Of a stretch of 64,000 nucleotides of DNA, positions 29,815-38,149 are shown one piece after another. Below the pieces are notes generated by a model. That model did no database searches, was not told the DNA's origin, and saw only the letters and a program-made list of their open reading frames with translations. Within the stretch, counting starts at the first letter, position 1. The number at the start of each line of letters is the position of its first letter. The DNA lies in assembly GCA_963822585.1 (NCBI GenBank), contig CAWGIE010000023.1, positions 73,104 to 137,103 on the forward strand. Reading direction: 5' to 3'. The DNA is from an uncultured bacterium (GTDB lineage: Bacteria; Auribacterota; Erginobacteria; Erginobacterales; Erginobacteraceae). The position numbers and the translations under genes were made by a program.

Positions 29815-30579
29815 CTATTTATTGATGATTTTCAGAACCTCGGCAGTTATGGTCTTCGTCAGCTTCTCTTCATCCATCTCCTCGGCCGCCGGGATTCTCT
29901 TCTCGGGGACCGCGCAGACACAGTGGAGGATACCGCCGGTCAGACCGGCTTTTTCCCGGACCTCCATCAGTTTCGCCACCTGCTCCCGATCGAGGACCTT
30001 GACCCGCCCCAGGGTTTTGGCGGCCAGAATGATCTTTGCGGTGTGCTCCAGTTTCTCCAGCTTGTAGAAGGCATCGGTAAGGCTGCTGCCGACCGTGAGC
30101 GTTCCGTGGCGGTCCAGGATCATGGCGTCGCAGTTTCCGATATATTCTCTGATCACCCGGGGCGGTTCGTCGGTGGTGGGGGTACCATACGTGGTGGTCG
30201 GGATGGCGCCCAGCGTAAAAACAACCTCGGGGAGGACGCAGCGGTCCAGCGGCTCTCCGGCCACGGAGAAGGCGGTGCAGATCGGGGGGTGACCGTGAAC
30301 GATCGCCCGGACGTCTTCCCTCTGCCGGTAGACTTCGAGGTGAAGCCGGTACTCGGAGGTAGGTTTAACTCCCGAAGAGCGCGGGCGCCCTTCGCCGTCG
30401 ATCATGACCAGATCGGAAGCCTTCAGAAAACCCAGGCAGCAACCGCTGGGGGTGATCAGGATCTCATTCGTACTGAAGCGAAAACTCAGATTACCATCGG
30501 TGGCCGCGACCAGATCCTTCTCATACATCCGACGCCCGATCTCCACCATTTCCTTGCGGACTGCGAATTCGGTGCTCAT
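29815..30579 (-). CDS. Class II aldolase (FucA/RhaD/adducin family) with putative C-terminal BMC encapsulation peptide
   Basis: DGNLS, ITPSG, SEYRLH, HGH and HG Zn-ligand motifs; tail MDEEKLTKTITAEVLKIINK. Confidence 0.9.
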   Translation of the reverse strand: MSTEFAVRKEMVEIGRRMYEKDLVAATDGNLSFRFSTNEILITPSGCCLGFLKASDLVMIDGEGRPRSSGVKPTSEYRLHLEVYRQREDVRAIVHGHPPICTAFSVAGEPLDRCVLPEVVFTLGAIPTTTYGTPTTDEPPRVIREYIGNCDAMILDRHGTLTVGSSLTDAFYKLEKLEHTAKIILAAKTLGRVKVLDREQVAKLMEVREKAGLTGGILHCVCAVPEKRIPAAEEMDEEKLTKTITAEVLKIINK

Positions 30580-30716
30580 GACTTTAACAGACGATATGGC
30601 AGTTTGTTTCCCCCCACCTCGGCCCCTTTTTTAACAGACGATCGGATGTGATGAAATAGGATCGGCCACTCCACCTCGGCCCCGGATTATATATTGAGCG
30701 TTGAATGTTCAATATT

Positions 30717-31277
30717 TCAAAGAAAAATTATAAAGATAAACCGCGCCAGGGAGGGGTGGGGGCGGGGGATGACGGCGGTCCGGACCAGGGCGCCGATCTC
30801 CTTTACCTTTTCCTCCCCGATCTCCATGGCCGCCTCCAGATCGGGGATCGCCCCGGTCAGGGTGACGAAACTTTTTCCTCCCAGGCCATTGGCCAGGCGG
30901 ATCTCCAGAAGCCGGATCTCGGCGGCCTTGGCGGCCGCGTCGGCGGCCAGGATGCAGGAGGGGATGGAGAAGGTCTCGATAACCCCGACGGCATCCAGTT
31001 CTCCCACCGGGCCGGCCGCCAGGATCGCGGGGATGACCTGGGGATGAACGTTGGGCAGAAAAAGATGATCGGTCACGGCGTCGGCGCCGGCTTCCAGCCC
31101 GGCCTGGAGGGATTCATCCACGGGGCCGGTCAGGCCGGTAATCAGAACGATGTACTTCCCCGGGCAAACGCTCCGAGAGTCGATCACTTCCACCTCCGAT
31201 TTTTTCGCCATCGCGTCGGTGGTGAAAATGCCGGCGGCCACGCTGTTGAATTCGATAAATCCTACGGCCGGTTCCAT
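30717..31277 (-). CDS. PduT-like BMC-T (tandem-domain) shell protein
   Basis: Two BMC domains (GFIEFNSVAAG..DAMAK; GVIETFS..AADAAAKAA..VIPRPH); SVCPGKY; likely start MEPAV at 31277 after ggagg. Confidence 0.88.
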   Translation of the reverse strand: MEPAVGFIEFNSVAAGIFTTDAMAKKSEVEVIDSRSVCPGKYIVLITGLTGPVDESLQAGLEAGADAVTDHLFLPNVHPQVIPAILAAGPVGELDAVGVIETFSIPSCILAADAAAKAAEIRLLEIRLANGLGGKSFVTLTGAIPDLEAAMEIGEEKVKEIGALVRTAVIPRPHPSLARFIFIIFL

Positions 31278-31309
31278 ATTAATTTTTTCCTCCGGAAAAA
31301 ATAGCATTG

Positions 31310-32652
31310 TTAAGACGCCGGTATCTTTATTGATTCATCGGTCACTTTGGTGAACAATACCCGGCAATTGAGGCGTGGACGAGGGCGCCCATGGTTCCCC
31401 GGGGGAAATTCCCGATCACGTCTCCCGCTTTTACCTTCTGTTTCTCTTTCACGACCGGATACGCCGGCTGGCCGATATGCTGCTTCAGAGGTATGGTTAC
31501 CGACCGGGGAGAGAAGCCGGTTTCCACCAGGGGCGCGGGCCGATCGTATTCCCCGAGCTGCAGCCGGGATGTCAGCCGGGAAACCGGGATCAGGCTGTAC
31601 TCTCTCTGCGGGGATGGAATGTATCTCTCCAGCGGCGACACGCGATCCCAGTTCCACTCCTTCATCCGTCCGGCAACCTGTTTGTTCAGGCGTCCGATCG
31701 GAAGATTCATCGGACACGAATAAACCCCGCAGAGGTCGCAGTTGCAGCACATGGGGGCCGAAGATATCCCGGGTGAATCGGGAAAAGGGATCCCCAGGGC
31801 TATCTGCCGCATCACGATATGGGGTTTGAAATTATGCCCGATCAAGGCGCGGGGACAGACCAGGGTACAGTAATCGCACTGGCAGCAGATCGATTGGATC
31901 TTGCTGAGATCGAAGTTCAGATCCCGAGTCTTGCGCACCACTACCGGATGATCCGCGGGGAGGACGATGAGAGCCGATGTCGTCTTGGTAACCGGGGCAT
32001 CCGGGTCGGCAACGACTTCGCCCATCATCGGGCCGCCGGACACGATCGCCCAATTCTCCACTTGCGGGCCCCCCGCCAGATCAAGCGCGGCCCGCAGCGG
32101 TGTCCCGACCGGGAGTCTCAGTGTTTTCGGCTCCCTGACCGCTCCGGTCACCGTCAGATAGCGGGAGATAACCGGTTCACCCCGCGCGGCCCCCGAGATA
32201 TTGCAAAAAGTTTCAACGTTGCTGACCAGGACACCGACTTTGAGGGGAATCTCTCCCGGCGGGATTACTTTTCCGGCGACCTCGTAAACGATGACGAACT
32301 CGTCGCCGGCCGGATAAACGCTCTCCATCAGATGCAGGCTCAGCTCTTTTTTGCCCGCTATCTCTTTCTTCAGGGCGTCGATGGCGGCGGTATATTTTTT
32401 CTTGAGAGCGATAACCCCCCGGACGGCGCCGGTCGCCTTCATCACCAGGGTCAGTCCCCGCACCACCTCATCCGCCCGGGCGGCCATCACCTGCTGATCG
32501 TTGCGGAGGAGGGGTTCGCACTCAGCCCCGTTGACTATCACCGTCTCTACCCGGGCGTCGATTTTCTTCCAGGTCGGGAAACCGGCTCCCCCCGCGCCGA
32601 CCACGCCGGCCCGCCAGACTTTCTCCACCAAGTTGTTGGGTTCAGTTTTCAA
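31310..32652 (-). CDS. PduS/RnfC-like flavin and 4Fe-4S oxidoreductase (SLBB domain), with an apparent frameshift near 31350-31362
   Basis: GVVGAGGAGFPT, NGAECEP, YPAGDE, GGPMMG, CCQCDYCTLVCP and CCNCDLC..SCP, LKQHIG, VHASIAG. A plausible C-terminus TKVTDESIKI lies in another frame ending at 31310. Confidence 0.88.
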
Positions 32653-32689
32653 GCCACTCGAAACGCCGGCCCCCGAAAAGACCCGGATT

Positions 32690-33532
32690 TTAATTCAGGC
32701 AATCGAGCTCCGGTTGCCTTGTCGCGCTGATCGTGTAATGAAAATTATGGTATTTGCGCACGAATTCAAAGGGAAGCAAACTGTAGATCCTGTAGCCGAT
32801 TTCGCCGATACAGGGGTAAGCTTTGTTGGGATGAATTCTTATATCGGAAAACCCCAGCTCACCCAGCATCCGGCGCACGCGCCATACGCTCGTGGGAAAC
32901 TCGTAATCCGCCGGCGGATGGGTGGAACGTTTTAATCTGTGATATGCCGACCTGATCAGCGCGTGCAGGGGCCGGGGGAGCAGAACTGACTTAAACATCT
33001 GGAACATTGCCCAGGCATTGGGATCCTCCAGAAATAAAATTCCGCCGGGCTTCAAAAGCTCGGCAAAGGTTCCGAGCAAGGCCTTTACGCGGTCGCTCTG
33101 GTGGTGAACGACATTTATGCTGGTCAGGTAATCGAACGATTGCTTCCGAAACGGGAGTCTGTTCATATCCCCCGCCACACAGGCCTTTGCCCCGGATTCA
33201 GTTTGCAGGGTATGGAGAATATCGTAGATGAGATCGAAATTGAAGAAGGTGTACCCGGCCTGTTCAAAACCGGCGAACTGACGGTCATATCCGCTGCCGA
33301 TGTTGAGAAAGGCCTTCGGAGGAGCGCTGATGTTATCCTTTACCATCCCCCAGAATTCCCGCTTGGAATTCTCCCACTGGGTAAGATTGGACCTCTCGCG
33401 CCGGCTCTCCCGGGGCCGCTGCATAACCCGGGCAAGCTTTTCCTCCTCCTGAAGATGCCGAAGATCCATTCGCGGCGGATATAGAAGCGGAATACCGTCC
33501 CGGACCGGATATCCCGGCGGCAACCGTCCCAT
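32690..33532 (-). CDS. Class I SAM methyltransferase with a truncated Trm112-like N-terminus, located inside the BMC operon
   Basis: YPVRDGIPLL, FLNIGSG, GDMNRLPF..SFD, LLKPGG. Confidence 0.8.
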   Translation of the reverse strand: MGRLPPGYPVRDGIPLLYPPRMDLRHLQEEEKLARVMQRPRESRRERSNLTQWENSKREFWGMVKDNISAPPKAFLNIGSGYDRQFAGFEQAGYTFFNFDLIYDILHTLQTESGAKACVAGDMNRLPFRKQSFDYLTSINVVHHQSDRVKALLGTFAELLKPGGILFLEDPNAWAMFQMFKSVLLPRPLHALIRSAYHRLKRSTHPPADYEFPTSVWRVRRMLGELGFSDIRIHPNKAYPCIGEIGYRIYSLLPFEFVRKYHNFHYTISATRQPELDCLN

Positions 33533-33760
33533 CGAAGCCTGATTGTGATTCGGAAAAATTATCCGAAGACCGTCAGGCTAAATATGTTATCAATTCAGAG
33601 TTTATCAGGTCTCTCCTTCCCGTATCCCAACCGGCAACTCCGGGACGCGAATCCCGCGCCCGTATACAAGTATTCTCCCCCCTTTTCCAGGCGGTAATGG
33701 TTATGGGAAAAGCAGGCCTCTTCCCGGGAAATCACCAGGTCATGAGCGAATTGCGGTAAT

Positions 33761-35206
33761 TCAGACAATCCGGAAATAGTCGATCAGGACGCAGCGGCGC
33801 TTCCGGGTAAAGTCAGAGGCTTTGGTCAGGCCTTCCCCCGTGGGACTGGCGATGCTGAACGAGGTGTAGCCCTGGCCGCCGAAGCCGAGACCGGAGTAGC
33901 AAGGGCCGTTCTTGACGAAGATGGAGGAATTGCATTCCCGCGCCATCTTGCTCAGCTTCTCCACGTTGCGGGAATACATATACATCGAGTGCCGGTAACC
34001 ATGTTCGACCTCGATTGCCAGACGGATGGCCTGATCGACGTCGGGGACCCGGACGAAGGGGATGACCGGCATCAGCTGTTCCACCAGCACCAGGGGATGG
34101 TGAGCGTCCACCTCGGCGAGGACGATCCTCACCTCGTCTCCGACGGTGACCCCGATTTCTTTCAGGATAATCCTGGGCGGCCGGCCGACAAATTTTTTGT
34201 TCGGCGCGCCTTCCTCGCAGTTCGGCCCCGGCATGGTGGCGATCACGACCTTGGTCAGCGCCTCCGTCTGCTCTTTATTCAGTTCATAGGCGCCGTTTCT
34301 GATCAACTCCCGTTTCAGCTGATCGGCGATCTTCTCGACCGCGAAAATCTCTTTCTCACAGACGCAGACGATGTTGTTGTCGAAGGAGGCCCCCTCGACG
34401 ATCAGACGCCCGGCCTTCTCGATATCGGCCGTTTCGTCAACCACCACAGGGGGGTTCCCCGGACCGGCGGCGATAACTTTCTTCCCCGATTGCATGGCGG
34501 CCTTGACCACCCCGGGGCCGCCGGTGACCACCAGGAGCCGGATTTTGGGGTGTTTCATCATCTTCCCGGCCGCCTCGATGGTCGGTTCCTTGATGGCGAC
34601 CATTAGGTTGGGCGGTCCGCCGGCGCCGGTGATCGCCCGGTTGAGAATCTGGATCATGGTTTGGGAAGCGAGCTTGGCGGACGGGTGGGGCCCGAAGACG
34701 ACGGCGTTACCGGCGGCGATCATGCCGATCGAATTACAGATAACGGTCGAGGTGGGGTTGGTGGAGGGGATGATGGCCCCGATCAGCCCGTAGGGAGCCC
34801 CTTCCACCAGGGTGAGGCCGTGATCGCCTGTCCAGGCGATCGGCTGGAGATCTTCCAGGCCGGGGGTTTTATTGGAGACCAGCAAGTGCTTCTTGATCTT
34901 GGACTCCACCCGGCCCATCCCCGTCTCCTCAAAGGCGATCCGCGATATTTTTTCGGCGTTGTCGCGTCCCGCCTGCCGCATCGCCTCGATGATCTGCTCG
35001 CGCTTCTCGAGGCTGAGGCCCATCAGTGCTTTCTGCGCAATATCCGCCGCCGCAATGGCATCATCCAGCTGATCGAAGATCCCATCGGCGGCAGCCACCG
35101 GTGAGGTTGCCGGACCGGCGACCGGCGGGGCCGTACCGCCTTCTTCGGTGAGGCGCTTGACCACGGTCTGGACGATGGCCCTGATCTGTTCTTCGTTGAT
35201 TGTCAT
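33761..35206 (-). CDS. BMC CoA-acylating aldehyde dehydrogenase (EutE/PduP family) with N-terminal encapsulation peptide
   Basis: INEEQIRAIVQTVVKRL plus Pro/Ala linker; PSTNP, TGGPGVV, AGPGNPPVVVDETAD, FDNNIVC (catalytic Cys), PTGEGLT. Likely start 35206 after GGAGGGGG. Confidence 0.93.
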   Translation of the reverse strand: MTINEEQIRAIVQTVVKRLTEEGGTAPPVAGPATSPVAAADGIFDQLDDAIAAADIAQKALMGLSLEKREQIIEAMRQAGRDNAEKISRIAFEETGMGRVESKIKKHLLVSNKTPGLEDLQPIAWTGDHGLTLVEGAPYGLIGAIIPSTNPTSTVICNSIGMIAAGNAVVFGPHPSAKLASQTMIQILNRAITGAGGPPNLMVAIKEPTIEAAGKMMKHPKIRLLVVTGGPGVVKAAMQSGKKVIAAGPGNPPVVVDETADIEKAGRLIVEGASFDNNIVCVCEKEIFAVEKIADQLKRELIRNGAYELNKEQTEALTKVVIATMPGPNCEEGAPNKKFVGRPPRIILKEIGVTVGDEVRIVLAEVDAHHPLVLVEQLMPVIPFVRVPDVDQAIRLAIEVEHGYRHSMYMYSRNVEKLSKMARECNSSIFVKNGPCYSGLGFGGQGYTSFSIASPTGEGLTKASDFTRKRRCVLIDYFRIV

Positions 35207-35485
35207 AAAATCCCCCTCCAATAAAATTTCCTTTGGAAATTTTATTGATGGTTGCTCCTTCGGCGCCTATTCGATGAGCATTATTGAAGAAAGGCCCGCA
35301 TTTTGAGTCATGGCTTTTCAGTACTGCCGATAGATCACCTTTCGCGGCAGTATTTCAGGGCAAAAAACCACTGCCGGGGTATCGCAACCGAAGCCGGGGC
35401 GGAAATTCAAAACCGGGCCGGAAAGCGAACAGCCCCATCCCCGGCCATTGACTACCCGCGGCTACCGCCGCCGGCAGGTACCCGG

Positions 35486-35791
35486 TCAGGAACGGTCGTC
35501 TTCAGCCTTGTCGTAGACGATCTTTCCGTCCACGTCCAGTGTATCCACGATGGCCATGATCGTGGCGTCACAGGGCCGGTTGGTGGTCGCGCTGGTATAC
35601 CTGCCGCAACTCCCGGTCACATAAAGGACGACCTCCCCCACCCCGGCGCCGACCGAGTCGGCGGCGATGACGTACTTGCCCAGGGGTTTGCCGTCTATGC
35701 CCAGCTGTTCACAGACGTAAAATTTGAGGCCGTCCAGACTCTCCACTTTCTGTGAGGAGACCAGGGTGCCGCGTATCTTTGCTAAAAGCAT
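35486..35791 (-). CDS. BMC-P vertex (pentamer) protein, EutN/CcmL family
   Basis: MLLAKIRGTLVSSQK...AADSVGAGVGEVVL..GS...DATIMAIVD. Confidence 0.93.
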   Translation of the reverse strand: MLLAKIRGTLVSSQKVESLDGLKFYVCEQLGIDGKPLGKYVIAADSVGAGVGEVVLYVTGSCGRYTSATTNRPCDATIMAIVDTLDVDGKIVYDKAEDDRS

Positions 35792-35809
35792 GGCGCGTGC
35801 CTTGGTTGA

Positions 35810-36103
35810 TTACTTGCCCTTCTGCGGAGCGCGGCCGAGCGGGAGAACCCGGTCGATATTGGCGTGCGGACGCGGAATGACATGGACGGAGATCAATTCG
35901 CCGACCTTTTCCGCCCCGCGGGCACCGGCCTCGACGGAAGCTTTACAGGCCGCGACATCCCCCCGGACGATCGCGGTCACGTAACCGCCGCCGATCCTCT
36001 CATAGCTGACCAGTTCGACCTTTGCCGCCTTGACCATGGCATCGGCTGCTTCCACCATCGCCGCGAATCCTTTCGTTTCGATCATACCCAATGCTTCAGA
36101 CAT
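35810..36103 (-). CDS. BMC-H hexamer shell protein (PduA/EutM-like)
   Basis: [45 protein letters not shown]. Confidence 0.96.
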   Translation of the reverse strand: MSEALGMIETKGFAAMVEAADAMVKAAKVELVSYERIGGGYVTAIVRGDVAACKASVEAGARGAEKVGELISVHVIPRPHANIDRVLPLGRAPQKGK

Positions 36104-36205
36104 CTTCTTTCCCTCCTTTTTAATTTTTCTTCGAAAAATTAAAAATTGTTGCTGTTTCTACCATACTACCCGTGATTGTATCTTAATTATTACGCAACCG
36201 CATCT

Positions 36206-36841
36206 CTACTCGCCTTTCGTGGGCTGGACGCCGGTGACGGCGTTGATAGCGGCCATGGCCGCCTCGCTTCCCACCATGATGTCGCGTTCCTCGCCGCCCA
36301 GATAAAGGCGTCCGAAACGGCCGAAAGGCTTGACCTCGATCAGCGTGATATTGGCGGCTTTCTCCGCTTCGTTGGCCGCCAGCACGGCATAACCCGCGGG
36401 ATCGGTCTCCAGTATGTATAACGTCTGGTCGGCCAGAAGCATCGACCCGCTTCGGCTGCGGTTGATCAGTTGCGCCTGATGAGCGTCCACCTTGCGGATG
36501 ATCTGGGTGGCAACCGCCTTCGGTTTCATCCGCTGATCTTCTTTCAGGCCCAGGGCGTTCAGAATCGCCAGTCCGGCCTCCCGGACATTGGCCTGGGAGT
36601 ATGAATGGACCTCCAGCAGCCCGTAGGCTCTCTCGACAATCATCATGGCCGGCTTGACATCGGTCGCCTTGAGCGCCACGTCCATTACTTCATTAATCGC
36701 CATCCCCGGCGCCACTTCCACGTAACAGGCCGCCATCCCGGGAAGGGGCTGAAAGCCCTTCGCCGCCGAGGCGACGAAAGAAGCAAATTGCGGTTGCATA
36801 CTGTCCAAAAAAATATATGTTCTGAGCTGAACTTTCTCCAT
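36206..36841 (-). CDS. Permuted stacking BMC-T shell protein (CcmP/CsoS1D-like)
   Basis: LRTYIFLDSMQPQ, EVAPG.AIN..D.ALKA, VERAYGLLEVH, AQLINR, ETDPAGYA.LAANEAEKAA, GRLYLGG. Confidence 0.9.
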   Translation of the reverse strand: MEKVQLRTYIFLDSMQPQFASFVASAAKGFQPLPGMAACYVEVAPGMAINEVMDVALKATDVKPAMMIVERAYGLLEVHSYSQANVREAGLAILNALGLKEDQRMKPKAVATQIIRKVDAHQAQLINRSRSGSMLLADQTLYILETDPAGYAVLAANEAEKAANITLIEVKPFGRFGRLYLGGEERDIMVGSEAAMAAINAVTGVQPTKGE

Positions 36842-36889
36842 TGAACTGCCTCCTATAAATTAGCTCGCTGTGCTCGCAAATTTATATCG

Positions 36890-36915
36890 GGCCGCCGGCT
36901 GTTAAGCCGGCGGCC
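36890..36915. promoter_or_regulatory. Perfect 11-bp-stem hairpin in the leader of the BMC operon
   Basis: ggccgccggct-gtta-agccggcggcc about 50 bp upstream of the first BMC gene; no U-tract follows it on the - strand. Confidence 0.5.
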
Positions 36916-37034
36916 TGTCGTTGATTACACAGAAAGAAACTGATGATTGCGGCATTTTTATAATAAAGGTAGATTTCAGTCAAGAAAAATTTCAACCATC
37001 CCCTCAAATTGCAATGATATTATACTATTTTAAA

Positions 37035-37070
37035 CTGATATATGCCATGCGAACGCATGGCATATATCAG
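37035..37070. promoter_or_regulatory. Perfect 17-bp inverted repeat upstream of the BMC operon
   Basis: ctgatatatgccatgcg-aa-cgcatggcatatatcag. Confidence 0.5.
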
Positions 37071-37077
37071 CTCATCT

Positions 37078-37117
37078 AAACAATCCGGTTCCGCCAGCCG
37101 GCGGAATCGGATTGTTT
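37078..37117 (-). terminator. Probable terminator hairpin after the GtrA-family gene
   Basis: aaacaatccg(a)ttccgcc ... ggcggaa(c)cggattgttt immediately after the stop codon. Confidence 0.55.
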
Positions 37118-37610
37118 AGCCTTTGAAAATAAAATACTTCCTTACCAGATAGTTGATCATGAGGCAGACCAGGATCATGGCTCCGAAGGCATAGGTGGTG
37201 TTGATCCCATAGTAATCGATGAGGAACGACTGCAGACCGATCCCGATTGCCACGCTGGCACCGGCCACCAGATAAAACATGGCTATCTCTTTCCAAAGGG
37301 AATGGCGCCCCCTTTCAAAGACCCAGGCCACATTGATGAAATAAACCACCAAGTTGGAAAACATGAACGCGATCGCGTTATCAATGGCGGCGTGAAACGC
37401 CCGAACCGAATCAGTAATATCCGAGGGGGGGACGTGCAGAAAACCGGCGATCGGATCGGTCGCCGTTATCGCCGGCAAAACCTCCCAGGCCAGAAGGAAA
37501 AAGATCGTCGTATGGACCACGGTGGCTATTCCACCCGCAATCCCATACTTGATGAACTGGACCAGATGCCCATGTTCCTTTCCTTTAAACTGGCTGAGAA
37601 ATTTTTTCAC
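37116..37610 (-). CDS. GtrA-family membrane protein (putative lipid-linked sugar flippase)
   Basis: QFIKYGIAGGIAT, N..AF..SN..YFIN..WVF, NYL.RK.FIFK. Confidence 0.85.
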   Translation of the reverse strand: MKKFLSQFKGKEHGHLVQFIKYGIAGGIATVVHTTIFFLLAWEVLPAITATDPIAGFLHVPPSDITDSVRAFHAAIDNAIAFMFSNLVVYFINVAWVFERGRHSLWKEIAMFYLVAGASVAIGIGLQSFLIDYYGINTTYAFGAMILVCLMINYLVRKYFIFKG

Positions 37611-38149
37611 GTTTTATTTTTCCCACTTGCGGTGAGGCGGGTAGGGGGATAATGCCGGAAGGCTAGAGATATATATACCGCGGCATTCGTTATTTCCGAT
37701 TTTCGATCAAGTATCATTTTCTCATGACGGACAAGAACAGCATATCTTTATTTTCTTATATCATCGCTCCGCCGGTAGCGGAAAAATCCAACGGCAACGC
37801 ACAGGTCACCATTACTGGCACCTATTCTGACATGCTCTTCCTGATCGTATAAATAGATAAGCATCATTTATTGATTACAGTGTACTATGGTCCATACACT
37901 TGTTAAGAAAATTCTGTTTTTTCAGTGATTTACCTGAAAATGTAACATTGATCTATCGAGTGGTGAGTCAGAGCGACAAATCGCATCAACGGGATTGTTC
38001 TATATAACATACTGAAAGATAACCAGTAGTGGTCAATCTTCTATTTTTCCATCGATTAACAATTGTGTTTATAGCGGCCCACATATAAGATGCTGAGCAG
38101 GTAAAGTGATTAAGACTTTGGCGGACGGATCAATAAACACACCGGATGA

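Noticed and set aside
678..30712. Periodic intergenic repeats as CRISPR arrays
   Set aside because: Units are 7-9 bp, degenerate and inverted, with no unique spacers and no cas genes.
29815..36841. Calling the BMC a Pdu, Eut or carboxysome locus
   Set aside because: No diol dehydratase, ethanolamine ammonia-lyase or RuBisCO; the Pdu/Eut/Ccm names reflect only protein family similarity.
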